Of a DNA stretch of 64,000 bases, positions 28,230-37,967 are shown piece after piece. Both the position numbers and the translations under genes were made by a program. The stretch is from assembly GCA_039809385.1 (NCBI GenBank), contig JBDHUY010000006.1:32001-96000 (forward strand). The letters run 5' to 3'. The notes below the pieces were generated by a model. It made no database searches. It saw only the letters and a program-made list of their open reading frames with translations, and was not told the origin of the DNA. This stretch comes from Candidatus Altimarinota bacterium (GTDB lineage Bacteria > Patescibacteriota > Gracilibacteria > JBDHUY01). Numbering within the stretch: the stretch's first letter is position 1; the number at the start of each line of letters is the position of its first letter.

Positions 28230-29252
28230 ATGCGCTTACTGGTAACCGGCGGGGCCGGATTCATCGGTTCGAATTTTATCCGATATTGGCTTCGCTCGCA
28301 CGAGCAAGATGCTGTGATCAACCTCGATGCGCTAACGTATGCCGGAAATTTGGAAAATCTGCGGGATATCGAGCATTCACAAAATGAGAGGTATCAATTT
28401 GTTCAAGCCGATATTACTGACGAAAAGAGTATAACAAAAATCATAGGAAGCGAAAAACCTGACTGCATCGTCAATTTCGCAGCGGAGTCGCATAACAGCC
28501 TGGCTATTGTCAACCCGGGCGCTTTTTTTCGTACTAACGTGTTGGGAACCCAAACGTTACTGGAAGCTGCGCGTCAAAACAACATTTCGCGTTTTCATCA
28601 TATATCGACCTGTGAGGTGTATGGCGACCTGGATCTGGAGACAACCGAACGATTCAGCGAAACCTCACCCTACCGCCCCCGCACGCCGTATAACGCCTCC
28701 AAAGCCGGAGCGGATATGGCGGTGAGAGCCTATTTCGAAACCTTTGGACTCCCGGTCACTATTTCGAACTGCTGTAACAACTACGGCCCCTATCAATTTC
28801 CCGAAAAGGTCATTCCGCTGTTTATTACCAACATTTTGTCCGGCGAAAAACTCCCGGTTTATCAGAGCAGTCAGAACCGACGCGAATGGATACAGGTAGA
28901 TGATCATTGTCGAGCGATCGATCTTATTTTGCACCAAGGCAAACTCGGTGAAACGTACAATATCGGTACCGGCATCGAGAAAAGCGTGGAAGAGATCGCC
29001 GCGCTGATTTTAAGCGCGCTGGAAAAAGATGAGAATTGGAAAATCTACGTCCCCGACCGGCCCGGACACGACCGTCGCTATCTGCTCGACAGCTCCAAAA
29101 TCAAGCAAGAACTCGGCTGGCAACCGGAGATACCTTTTAACGAAGGCATACAAGCTACAATTCAATGGTATCAAGAACATCCGGAGTGGTGGCAACCCTT
29201 AAGAGCGAAACGACTCGTACAAGAGGCACAATGGAAAAATACCAATAACTAA
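28230..29252 (+). CDS. rmlB: dTDP-glucose 4,6-dehydratase
   Basis: LVTGGAGFIGSNF, DALTYAGN, FAAESH, YNASK, NNYGPYQFPEK, DRPGHDRRY. Confidence 0.95.
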   Translation: MRLLVTGGAGFIGSNFIRYWLRSHEQDAVINLDALTYAGNLENLRDIEHSQNERYQFVQADITDEKSITKIIGSEKPDCIVNFAAESHNSLAIVNPGAFFRTNVLGTQTLLEAARQNNISRFHHISTCEVYGDLDLETTERFSETSPYRPRTPYNASKAGADMAVRAYFETFGLPVTISNCCNNYGPYQFPEKVIPLFITNILSGEKLPVYQSSQNRREWIQVDDHCRAIDLILHQGKLGETYNIGTGIEKSVEEIAALILSALEKDENWKIYVPDRPGHDRRYLLDSSKIKQELGWQPEIPFNEGIQATIQWYQEHPEWWQPLRAKRLVQEAQWKNTNN

Positions 29253-29262
29253 TTAATATTTT

Positions 29263-29562
29263 ATGGAAAGTATTCTCCATGCTGTCACATTTTTTGTCAT
29301 ATATTTCTTCCTGTTTCCCGGGTTTTCGATCGGAAGCGTGGTTCCCTGTGAGTGGACTACGAATGATACTTTCGTTTTAAGCGTAGTTCTATCGTATTAT
29401 TTATTTTTGATTGGTATTGGTATCCTCCTCTCTAAAAAGCACAAAAAGAAGAAAACCAATATCTGGCTTGTATTGACCATAACGCATTTGATCTTTTTCA
29501 TTATAGGGATACCGTTAACATTTATGGCTTTCCGTTGTGTAAAACTGAGTATCATCTGGTAG
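29263..29562 (+). CDS. Small membrane protein
   Basis: About three hydrophobic segments; FLFPGF motif shared with the next ORF. Confidence 0.6.
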   Translation: MESILHAVTFFVIYFFLFPGFSIGSVVPCEWTTNDTFVLSVVLSYYLFLIGIGILLSKKHKKKKTNIWLVLTITHLIFFIIGIPLTFMAFRCVKLSIIW

Positions 29563-29666
29563 CAAAAACAAAGCACACGTTACCGCACGTATCACTGTCA
29601 ATTTAATGCAAGATACCTGCCTGCTCGACAATACACTGCCAATACTATTCCTTTCCTTTTAGTTCT

Positions 29667-29930
29667 ATGGAAGCATTGTTACGCAGCCTTTTTTTATTCC
29701 CGGGGTTCATACCAGCATTCTTTTTTTCCTGTTCGGCTTTTAGATCTGATACGTTTAATCCAAGTATGCTAGTTTATTATATCTCGCTAACAGCCGGAGG
29801 GCTGATTGCAGTGATTTTTTTTAAAAAGAATCCCGGGAAAATATTGAAATACCTGCTTTTTTTCCACATAACTACCTTTATGGTGCTGATAATACCCCTA
29901 TTGTTTATCGCACTCTCCTGTTTGTCGTAA
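29667..29930 (+). CDS. Small membrane protein (paralog of 29263-29562)
   Basis: FLFPGF, DTF, H..F...IP..F.A..C shared. Confidence 0.6.
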   Translation: MEALLRSLFLFPGFIPAFFFSCSAFRSDTFNPSMLVYYISLTAGGLIAVIFFKKNPGKILKYLLFFHITTFMVLIIPLLFIALSCLS

Positions 29931-30010
29931 TATCTCTTTTACTCCTGTTATCGTCAGCCCTTTTTACGGCGTCAGCATTATATGGATCGCGTTTTATTAT
30001 TCTCACTCCC

Positions 30011-30562
30011 ATGCATGTAACCAAAACAGCTATCGAGGACGTATTGCTTCTGACACCCCGGATATTCCAGGACGAACGCGGCTATCTGTTTGAAACCTTT
30101 CAGCAACAAACATTTGCGCATGACACAGGAACGGATTACAGCTTTGTCCAGGACAATCAGGTATTTTCAAAGCAATATGTACTACGCGGCCTGCATTACC
30201 AGATACAAAACCCGCAGGGGAAGCTGATCCACGCCATACAGGGGGAGATATTTGACGTAGCCGTCGATATGAGAACTTCAAGTAAAACATTTGGGCAATT
30301 CATAACGGTAACATTATCCGATAAAAATAAGGATCATTTGTTTATTCCGCCCGGTTTTGCGCACGGATTTCTGGTTTTGTCTCCCGAAGCCACGATTATC
30401 TACAAGATGACCGAGTATTGGAAGCCCGAGTATGAACGGACCCTCACGTGGGATGATCCAGATCTGGCGATTCCATGGCCGCTAGGAAATGAAAGTCTGC
30501 CTGTTTTATCAACGAAAGACCGCGCAGGAACGTCCTGGCACGACGCTGAAAAATTTATCTAA
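30011..30562 (+). CDS. rmlC: dTDP-4-dehydrorhamnose 3,5-epimerase
   Basis: DERG.LFE, FVQDN, LRGLHYQ...QGKL, DVAVD.R, PGFAHGF, WDDPDL.I.WP. Confidence 0.96.
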   Translation: MHVTKTAIEDVLLLTPRIFQDERGYLFETFQQQTFAHDTGTDYSFVQDNQVFSKQYVLRGLHYQIQNPQGKLIHAIQGEIFDVAVDMRTSSKTFGQFITVTLSDKNKDHLFIPPGFAHGFLVLSPEATIIYKMTEYWKPEYERTLTWDDPDLAIPWPLGNESLPVLSTKDRAGTSWHDAEKFI

Positions 30563-30579
30563 CCCTCCACACCAAAACC

Positions 30580-31422
30580 ATGTCAAAAAAGAAAGTTTTC
30601 TTGTTCGGCGCCCGGGGGATGCTGGGACAGGCAGTCCGGGAGCAATTCGAACAGCTGTTCGATCTGACCGGATATGCGCATGCAGCATTGGACATCAACG
30701 ATGAACCTGCTGTCTGGAAAGCTGTGGAAGAAAAAAATCCTGAGATTCTGATCAATTGCGCCGGGTATACCAATGTCGACCAGTGCGAAGCGTCTCCGGA
30801 GGTGGCATTTCAAGTAAACGGACTGGCTTTAAAAGCGGTCTCACAGGCCGCCAGGCATGTCGGAGCAAAGTTGATTCACATCTCTACCGATTACGTATTT
30901 GACGGTTCTGACGAGGCGTATGACGAGATCGCAGTAAAAAATCCGTTATCTGTATACGGACAATCGAAAAGCGTCGGAGAAGATCTGCTACTGGAAACAT
31001 ACCCCGAAGGAAGCTATATTCTGCGAACCGCCTGGCTGTTTGGACCTGGAGGCAAGAACTTCGTAAATACCATGCTGGACCTGGCAGCTAAAGGCGAACC
31101 GGTGCGGGCGGTGACCGATCAAGTGGGATCTCCTACATACACGGTCGACCTGGCAGCCATGATAAGACTTCTGATAGAGAGCGATCGTCCCGCCGGTATA
31201 TACCATGTCACCAATACCGGTTACTGCAACTGGCTGGAGTTCGCAACATATATTTTTCAGACCTATAATCCGGCCCAACTCATCACTCCGGTTACCTGGT
31301 CCGACCTGAAGCGCCCGGCACAGCGCCCCTCACGGGTAATCCTACAGAACACAAAACTACCTCCGTTACGCCCTTGGCAGGATGCCCTCGGAGACTATTT
31401 AGCAAAAATACAGACCGCCTAA
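30580..31422 (+). CDS. rmlD: dTDP-4-dehydrorhamnose reductase
   Basis: GARGMLG, NCAGYTNVD, HISTDYVFDG, YGQSK, DQVGSPT. Confidence 0.95.
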   Translation: MSKKKVFLFGARGMLGQAVREQFEQLFDLTGYAHAALDINDEPAVWKAVEEKNPEILINCAGYTNVDQCEASPEVAFQVNGLALKAVSQAARHVGAKLIHISTDYVFDGSDEAYDEIAVKNPLSVYGQSKSVGEDLLLETYPEGSYILRTAWLFGPGGKNFVNTMLDLAAKGEPVRAVTDQVGSPTYTVDLAAMIRLLIESDRPAGIYHVTNTGYCNWLEFATYIFQTYNPAQLITPVTWSDLKRPAQRPSRVILQNTKLPPLRPWQDALGDYLAKIQTA

Positions 31423-31502
31423 GCGCTTTCCGATTGACCGGAATCGCGTTTACGGGTAAGATATTCTGCGCACGAAGTATATTTCCTTACTTTCACACCT
31501 TT

Positions 31503-32006
31503 ATAAAACAGCTACGTATTAACCAGCAGATCCGGCAACCATCGGTAACGTTGGTCGAAGAATCGGGCGAAATACGCACAATTTCTCTGGAAGAAGCTCT
31601 AAGCAGTGCCGAAAGCCAGGGGCTAGATCTGGTAGAAGTAGACGGAACCAAAACGCCGCCAATCGTAAAAATCATGGATTATGGCAAGTTTCTGTATAAG
31701 CAGCGCAAACTCGAAACCAAGAATAAAAAAATGCAGAAACAGGTCGAGGTAAAAAGCGTACGGATCGGATTTGGAACCGGCGAGCACGATTTGGTGGTCA
31801 AGGAAAAACAGATCCACCGCTTTATCGAGAAACGTAACCAGGTACGCGTATTTCTGGTCATGAAAGGGCGCGAGATGAGCCATCTGGATCTGGCCAAGGA
31901 GAAACTGCGCGATTTTTCCCAAAGGTTCGAAGATATCTGCAAAATCGAGATTGAGAATACGAAACAGAACAACAAACTTGCCGTTTTGCTCACCCCGCTC
32001 AAATAG
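31503..32006 (+). CDS. infC: Translation initiation factor IF-3 (probable non-canonical ATA start)
   Basis: RINQQIR, GLDLVEV, PPIVKIMDYGKF.Y, GEHDL..K, MKGRE; the conserved part begins at ATA 31503 with no in-frame ATG upstream. Confidence 0.92.
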   Translation: MKQLRINQQIRQPSVTLVEESGEIRTISLEEALSSAESQGLDLVEVDGTKTPPIVKIMDYGKFLYKQRKLETKNKKMQKQVEVKSVRIGFGTGEHDLVVKEKQIHRFIEKRNQVRVFLVMKGREMSHLDLAKEKLRDFSQRFEDICKIEIENTKQNNKLAVLLTPLK

Positions 32007-32056
32007 CTTCATATCGATTTCCCAAGGGAGAGAAACACATCACTCAGTAAAATATC

Positions 32057-32091
32057 TCATCATTCATCCTTTATCATTCATCCTTTATCAT
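32057..32091 (+). repeat. 5 x 7-nt array before rpmI
   Basis: tcatcat tcatcct ttatcat tcatcct ttatcat. Confidence 0.85.
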
Positions 32092-32094
32092 TTC

Positions 32095-32295
32095 ATGAAA
32101 TTGAAAACCCACAGTTCAACCAAAAAACGCGTTCGGATTACCGGAACAGGCAAAATCCGCGTATCCAAGTCCACAAAACAGCATTTATTGATCAACAAGT
32201 CGTCCAAGGCAAAACGGTCAAACCAGAGCTCACACGGTAAAATTTTGGATAAAACTCTCGAGAACCGCGCGCATCGCTTGTTGCCGTATGCTTAA
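32095..32295 (+). CDS. rpmI: 50S ribosomal protein L35
   Basis: MKLKTHSSTKKRVRITGTGK ... HLL.NKS ... LLPY; sits between infC and rplT. Confidence 0.95.
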   Translation: MKLKTHSSTKKRVRITGTGKIRVSKSTKQHLLINKSSKAKRSNQSSHGKILDKTLENRAHRLLPYA

Positions 32296-32332
32296 AATCA
32301 CTATTCATTTTATTCATCAATAATTTTACGCC

Positions 32333-32677
32333 ATGACCCGTATTAAACGAGGAGTAATGACGCACAAGCGTCACAAAAAGATTTTAAAAGCCGCCAAAGG
32401 TTTTCAGGGACGCCAGCGTACTAATTTTAAGCTCGCAAAAGCCGCTACCCTCAAAGCAAAAATTCATGCCTATCGCGATCGTAAACTGAAAAAGCGTACC
32501 TTTCGCAGTTTGTGGATCACCCGCCTCTCGGCTGCCGCAAAAATGCACGGACTCAACTACAGCCTGCTAGTAAAACAGATGAAAGAAAAAAGTATGCTGC
32601 TAGACCGCAAAGTCTTGTCGAATATTGCCGCCATGTATCCGGAAGTGTTTGGCAAAATCATAGAAGGCCTCAAATAG
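32333..32677 (+). CDS. rplT: 50S ribosomal protein L20
   Basis: MTRIKRG, AKGF.G, AYRDRK.KKR.FR.LWI.R, LDRKVL. Confidence 0.97.
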   Translation: MTRIKRGVMTHKRHKKILKAAKGFQGRQRTNFKLAKAATLKAKIHAYRDRKLKKRTFRSLWITRLSAAAKMHGLNYSLLVKQMKEKSMLLDRKVLSNIAAMYPEVFGKIIEGLK

Positions 32678-32705
32678 AAAAAGTCGAATTATTGTAACTA
32701 TAATA

Positions 32706-32739
32706 AAAAAAGAGTCCCGCCTGTGGCGGGACTCTTTTT
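32706..32739 (+). terminator. Rho-independent terminator after rplT
   Basis: aaaaaagagtcccgc-ctgtg-gcgggactcttttt. Confidence 0.85.
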
Positions 32740-32758
32740 AGTTCTAACTCAAGGATGA

Positions 32759-32835
32759 TACCGGGAATAGCCCGATTATTTAAAACTACCGGGAATCCCG
32801 GTAGTTTGACAAAATACCCAACTTCCCGGTAAAAT
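32759..32835 (+). promoter_or_regulatory. Promoter overlapped by repeated TACCGGGAA operator-like sites
   Basis: TTGACA 32806-11 and TAAAAT 32830-35; palindrome aaactaccggga-a-tcccggtagttt 32783-32807; further half-sites at 32759 and 32823. Confidence 0.65.
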
Positions 32836-32857
32836 AGTAACGAATTCTACAAAAAAT

Positions 32858-33820
32858 ATGAAGATTCATATACCAAACAGTGCTTTTTTGGGGAACATCA
32901 ATCCTTTTCTGTATGGCTTCGATCCTACCCAACCGGAAACTCTGGAATTGACAACAAATAAAAAATGGATGTCAGTTCATCCTATCGTTTTATGCATGAT
33001 TACTGCGCTGGGGATACCCCTTATTCAGGGAAACATTCGGTGCGATACACTCGAAGCCAAATCAAAACACTACCTGGAAAGAATGGGACTCTTTAAATTT
33101 TTAAACATCGATTCGGGGATAAAGATTCAAGAACATGAGCTGGCCGGAAGGTTTATCCCGCTGACACAAATCGAAAATTCAGACCAGCTAAGCCATTTTA
33201 TCCAGGATATGACGCCACTCCTTCACCTGGAGCCAAAGCAGGCTGAACCAATACGATATATTATGAGTGAACTGATTAGGAATGTGCTGGAACATTCGTT
33301 ATCCAAGTATGGTGCGATAGTTTCCGCACAATATCACGATAAGAGCAAAACGGTGCGCATTGGAATTGCAGATACAGGAATTGGCATATATAACAGCATA
33401 AAAAGATCCCATTATGTGATGAGCGATATGGAGGCTCTGCAGTTGGCGTTGACGCCCGGTATTACCGGAACAACCGCACGCGAAGGCGGGACGGACTATA
33501 ACGCAGGGGCCGGATTGTTCTTTATCAAATCGATTGCGGTCATAAATCGCGATTTCTTTGTTTTATATAGTGGAAAGGCGCTTTATAAGCTGCTCAAACG
33601 TCGCGAAGAAGTAGTACGTCTCTATGCCGATCCTCTCAAAGATCGACATAGCAAGGCCGAAAATATGCCATACTGGCAAGGAACACTCGTCGGGATTGAT
33701 ATTTCTCTGGAAAACCTGCAGCAATTTCCGATATTGCTGGAAATGATCAACAAAACATATAGCAAGACCATTCAGGAGAGAAGAAAAGCGCAATATAAAC
33801 AACCACGTTTTATTCCATAG
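32858..33820 (+). CDS. HATPase_c (GHKL) domain protein
   Basis: SELIRNVLEHS (N box), IADTGIGI (G1), GAGLF (G2), WQGT.V. Confidence 0.82.
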   Translation: MKIHIPNSAFLGNINPFLYGFDPTQPETLELTTNKKWMSVHPIVLCMITALGIPLIQGNIRCDTLEAKSKHYLERMGLFKFLNIDSGIKIQEHELAGRFIPLTQIENSDQLSHFIQDMTPLLHLEPKQAEPIRYIMSELIRNVLEHSLSKYGAIVSAQYHDKSKTVRIGIADTGIGIYNSIKRSHYVMSDMEALQLALTPGITGTTAREGGTDYNAGAGLFFIKSIAVINRDFFVLYSGKALYKLLKRREEVVRLYADPLKDRHSKAENMPYWQGTLVGIDISLENLQQFPILLEMINKTYSKTIQERRKAQYKQPRFIP

Positions 33821-33831
33821 ACTCGTTCATC

Positions 33832-34122
33832 ATGAGTACCGTAAAAATATTCCCTCTCACCGGCACGTTTGCAGAGAACAAAGATACTGCCAAGATCATA
33901 CGACTTGACCAAATCATTCCTGCTCTTTCAAAAGGAGATAGCGTTATTTTGGATTTTGAAAAGATTGACGGAGTAACCCAGTCTTTTATGCATGTGTTGA
34001 TTAGCGACCTGATTCGGTTATATGGTCCGGGAGTTATCGATAAAATAAGCTTCAAAGCCTGCAACGAGACAGTTCAGAAAATCGTTACTATAGTGATAAA
34101 CTATATGCAGGAAAGTCTATAG
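33832..34122 (+). CDS. STAS-like domain protein (DUF4325-type)
   Basis: VILDFEKIDGVTQSF; follows the HATPase. Confidence 0.78.
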   Translation: MSTVKIFPLTGTFAENKDTAKIIRLDQIIPALSKGDSVILDFEKIDGVTQSFMHVLISDLIRLYGPGVIDKISFKACNETVQKIVTIVINYMQESL

Positions 34123-34129
34123 AACAGAC

Positions 34130-34681
34130 TTACCGACGATATGGACTTTTTTTGGTCCCGTGAGCCTTGAAGTTTTTCAGCAGGTATTTTTCCGGATGCT
34201 CATCTAAATCAAAAAAAGTATGGGCAATCTCTTTGACCTTGGCCGAAGTACTTTTGCCAAAAGCAGCTATTTCGACCCGGCACCCCAGAAATTTGAGGTA
34301 ATGCAGGAGTTCGCTGAAATCGCCGTCGCCGCTGCAGATGATCACCGTATCGAGTTTGGGAGCCTGTTTGATGGCATCCATGGCGATACCGACATCCCAG
34401 TCGGCTTTTTTCTGGCCGCCGTAAAATATCTGGAGGTCTTTGGTTTTTACCTCGATACCGATATTTTCGAGCGCTTCGAAAAAAGTCTGTTCCTGTGGAT
34501 TTTCAGCTCGAACGGCATAGGCAATGGCCCGTACCAGGATCCGATCATGGACAATATCCTGAACGATCGCCTGAAAATTTACTTTTTTTCCGTAAATCGC
34601 CTGGGCCGAGTAATAGAGATTTTGCACATCGATAAATACCCCGACGCGCTGATGGGTTTGTAGTAGTGGTTTGGAAGTCAT
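34130..34681 (-). CDS. NYN / LabA-DUF88 domain protein (PIN fold)
   Basis: VFIDVQNLY, KADWDVGIAMD, SGDGDF. Confidence 0.92.
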   Translation of the reverse strand: MTSKPLLQTHQRVGVFIDVQNLYYSAQAIYGKKVNFQAIVQDIVHDRILVRAIAYAVRAENPQEQTFFEALENIGIEVKTKDLQIFYGGQKKADWDVGIAMDAIKQAPKLDTVIICSGDGDFSELLHYLKFLGCRVEIAAFGKSTSAKVKEIAHTFFDLDEHPEKYLLKNFKAHGTKKSPYRR

Positions 34682-34688
34682 AAGAGAA

Positions 34689-34838
34689 AGTATGTAGTAT
34701 AAGGTATTAGGTATAACGTATGGGACAAGGAGGAGCCAGTTGAGAGTGTGAAGAGAGAGAAGAAGAAAGAAACAAGAAAACAGTTAAAATTTGTTCTGTA
34801 TCAAATCCTAGATTCTATATTCTAAATTCTAGCTTCTG
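34689..34838 (-). repeat. Two 5 x 7-nt arrays between miaB and the NYN gene
   Basis: Plus strand: agtatgt agtataa ggtatta ggtataa cgtatgg (34689-723) and aatccta gattcta tattcta aattcta gcttctg (34804-838). Confidence 0.8.
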
Positions 34839-34857
34839 CCATGATTCGTACTTCAAG

Positions 34858-36285
34858 TCAGGCAGATTTCGTTCGATTCGAAACCACAGCCAGGCGATTT
34901 TTTCTAGGAGCGGTGACAGAGAGTGACTCAACCCGGGATTGCTCGTTCTCCAGCGTACCATAGAGCATCCAGGTTGACGTCTTGTGTACTCGGACGGTAT
35001 AACGTTTACCGATGATAAGATGCGGAGCATGTTCAACAGTCAAGCGCTTCATCTCAAACGTATCGCCGACATACCCGTGTTCTGTATGCTCACGAATAAG
35101 CACCTCGACCAATTGGTTCTGATACGTCTGATTTTTACGCTCGACGATGGACTCCATGAGAATCTGTAGGGTATTCCAACGCTCTTTTTTGGTCTTTAAA
35201 GAGACCTGACCGGGCATACGCGCAGCCGGCGTATGCGAACGGGGAGAGTATATCGCGGTATAGGAAATGTCGAAATCGGCGTGCCCATACAGTTCGACGG
35301 TATGCTGGAATTGCTCATCGGTTTCGCCCGGGAAACCTACAATGATATCGGTTCCGAGTGCCATGGCGGGTTTCTTGGCTTTGATCTTGCCAACCAGATC
35401 CAGGAAATTCTGGCGGGTATAGCCGCGGTTCATGCGTTTGAGAACCGTATCGTCTCCGGCCTGAACCGGTAGATGCAGGTAATTGACCATGCACGGTAGA
35501 GTGAGCGCGTCGATCACTTCGTCACTCATATCGCGCGGATGGGGTGCGGTAAAGTGCACCCAGGGGATACCGATTTGATTTATTTCCCACAACAGTGCGG
35601 CAAAATCGTCCCTGTAAGGATTTTGAGAACTCTTCCAGTCGTTATCTTCGGGATGATAGCTATTTACATTTTGGCCCAAGAGCGTAACAAGCTGATAATC
35701 GCGTTCTTTTAATGCACGGATTTCCTGCAAGACTTCGACGCCGGTCCGGCTCTTTTCACGCCCCCTGGAATAGGGTACGATACAGAAGGTGCAAAACTTG
35801 TTACAGCCGCTCATGATGGGCACAAACGCTTCAAACGAGCTGGCATATTTTGACCCCAGCTTGAGATAGGCGACTGGCGAGTCGCTGGTAAGATCGTCGG
35901 TTACTTGTTCATAGCGCAGTTCGGTGATTTTCTTAGGAAGATTTTCGATTTCGGAGATCGGAAAATACAGATCGACCATCGGCATACGTTTCCACAGCTT
36001 CTTTTTGGTGTCATGTCCGACCATGCAGCCGGTAACACCCAAGATCAGATGAGGTCTGGCTTCTTTCAATTTGCCATAATTGTGCATGAGTCCGTAGACG
36101 CGATCTTCGGCATTTTGGCGTACAGAACAGGTATTTAGAATAATAATATCGGCCCGTTCGGGCTGATCAGTTTCAGACATATCGATCCCTTCCAGCACCA
36201 ATTTGAGGCGTTCGGAATCGCTTTTATTCATCTGACAGCCGAAGGTTTGGATGAAATAGTGTTGGGAGGAAGAGTTGGAATGCAT
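34858..36285 (-). CDS. miaB: tRNA methylthiotransferase MiaB
   Basis: TFGCQMNKSDSE, NTCSVR..AE, GCNKFCTFCIVP (radical SAM), LLGQNVNSY, DIIVGFPGET, TRAM domain. Confidence 0.95.
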   Translation of the reverse strand: MHSNSSSQHYFIQTFGCQMNKSDSERLKLVLEGIDMSETDQPERADIIILNTCSVRQNAEDRVYGLMHNYGKLKEARPHLILGVTGCMVGHDTKKKLWKRMPMVDLYFPISEIENLPKKITELRYEQVTDDLTSDSPVAYLKLGSKYASSFEAFVPIMSGCNKFCTFCIVPYSRGREKSRTGVEVLQEIRALKERDYQLVTLLGQNVNSYHPEDNDWKSSQNPYRDDFAALLWEINQIGIPWVHFTAPHPRDMSDEVIDALTLPCMVNYLHLPVQAGDDTVLKRMNRGYTRQNFLDLVGKIKAKKPAMALGTDIIVGFPGETDEQFQHTVELYGHADFDISYTAIYSPRSHTPAARMPGQVSLKTKKERWNTLQILMESIVERKNQTYQNQLVEVLIREHTEHGYVGDTFEMKRLTVEHAPHLIIGKRYTVRVHKTSTWMLYGTLENEQSRVESLSVTAPRKNRLAVVSNRTKSA

Positions 36286-36519
36286 AGGAACATGAACCGA
36301 TACCAATATACGAATGTATACTAATACTACGGATTAAATACAAAACCCCAAGTCAAAATTATAGTCTACAGCCAGAAAGGTACAAAATAGTATTATTTCT
36401 CGATTCCGATGGTCAGGCATTTGCCCGGTATATTTGACTATCTTCGTTTTCAAGTATGCCATCTGAACTTTAGAGGTGAGTATAGTATCCTTTTACCAAA
36501 AATCACTCTATCAGGCACT

Positions 36520-36900
36520 TTACTTTGTATGAACATCTGTTCCAAAGACAAACCGAATCAATTGATTGGATAGAATGAGTTGGATATTTTTTCGTCTCTC
36601 ATCATCTTTTTGAAGAGCCAATACCTTCAAGAGGCTTATGAAAAATTCCGATTGACTAGCCAAATGCGCCTCAAGATAATTACATACTTCCTGATTCAGT
36701 GATTGTTCCCAAAAATACTGTAAATATATCTTCTGGAATTTTTCATAGCATTCTTTCAGGACAATATCATTGGGCTGAGTGGAATCTGGATTGGACGAGT
36801 GCATCTGGGCAAATAGGGGTTGTAATATCTCCACAAGACCATCTGATACACGTTTGACATCAACATCGGTGTTACCAGAAGCATCAGGGCTATTGTTCAT
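36520..36900 (-). CDS. Hypothetical protein
   Basis: ORF from MNNSPD; TTGACA-type promoter candidate just upstream. Confidence 0.55.
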   Translation of the reverse strand: MNNSPDASGNTDVDVKRVSDGLVEILQPLFAQMHSSNPDSTQPNDIVLKECYEKFQKIYLQYFWEQSLNQEVCNYLEAHLASQSEFFISLLKVLALQKDDERRKNIQLILSNQLIRFVFGTDVHTK

Positions 36901-37041
36901 GGATACGGAAGAAAATAGTATTTTGGGCACTATTCTAGCAGTGTCAATATACATTGGCTATGGAAAATAAAATAATACGCCTTGGTTTGGCGAATTTCAT
37001 AAAAGAATAGAATAGATAGATCACTATTCCATTACCATCTA

Positions 37042-37533
37042 TTACGGAAGATCTTCCGTACAAGCCTTTTTCATGATATCCGAGGTAATCTTATCACAGA
37101 TCGTCTTATCTTTTTTTTGTTTGGCGAGCGTTGAATAACAAGTCACGCGCAAAATGTCGTTGGCATCCTTTCCGATCTTTTCGCATACGCTTGGGTCAGT
37201 TTTCTTTACCGCCACATTTGTATAGCAAACTGCTTGTAAAGAGGAATCATTGCCAAACTTCGTATCACAAATACTGATATCACCCGAATTTCTGGCTTCA
37301 TTGGACCAACAACCGGCTTCACAAAGTTGCTGTCCTTTACCAGTACTTCCTGTCAGAGCCTGGCATCCTGCCAGACAGGTATCGATATTTTGAACCGCTG
37401 CCTTCAGAGCGGTATTTTTTGCATCATCCAAAGCCTTTGAGGCCGGACTACCGGAATAATTTGTCGGCCCGGTAGAAGTACAACCGGATACGATGGCCAG
37501 AAATAAAACTGCTGAAAAGAATAATTTATGCAT
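37042..37533 (-). CDS. Cys-repeat lipoprotein
   Basis: Lipobox VSGC; repeated CY..A....D...C.KI units. Confidence 0.8.
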   Translation of the reverse strand: MHKLFFSAVLFLAIVSGCTSTGPTNYSGSPASKALDDAKNTALKAAVQNIDTCLAGCQALTGSTGKGQQLCEAGCWSNEARNSGDISICDTKFGNDSSLQAVCYTNVAVKKTDPSVCEKIGKDANDILRVTCYSTLAKQKKDKTICDKITSDIMKKACTEDLP

Positions 37534-37568
37534 ATACGGAGAAAAGGTAAAAGAGATAATGTTCTATT

Positions 37569-37949
37569 TCATGCGAAAAAATCGTCCAGTTCGTCCTGTT
37601 TTTCGGCAAACCCCCATCCTTCCACGATTTTATGATTCACATCGAGGCGAAAGACATGCGCTCCGTCCATATCCACTCGTTTGCCTTTACGCTCTCCTCG
37701 AAAATGCACCGTCGCCACTACCAAATTTGTATTTTCCATAAGGTGTTTCACTTCGAATTCCCATCGATCAAGCGGCGCCATTTTGGCAGGCATTTCGGTA
37801 AAGTAAGCTTCGCCGCGGTAATTGCCCGAAACTGGATTGCTTCCCGGAACATGCCAGACGAAATCAGGAGCAAAATAGGAACGTTCCAGTTCGGATCCGC
37901 CATGGGAGAAAGCATCGTACAGACGTTGAACTGTTTCAAGGTAGTTCAT
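37569..37949 (-). CDS. SnoaL/NTF2-like protein
   Basis: YDAF..G, APDFVWHVPG.NP.SG.Y.G, VFRL....IVE.W, DDFF. Confidence 0.85.
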   Translation of the reverse strand: MNYLETVQRLYDAFSHGGSELERSYFAPDFVWHVPGSNPVSGNYRGEAYFTEMPAKMAPLDRWEFEVKHLMENTNLVVATVHFRGERKGKRVDMDGAHVFRLDVNHKIVEGWGFAEKQDELDDFFA

Positions 37950-37967
37950 AAAGAGAAGACTAAGAAG

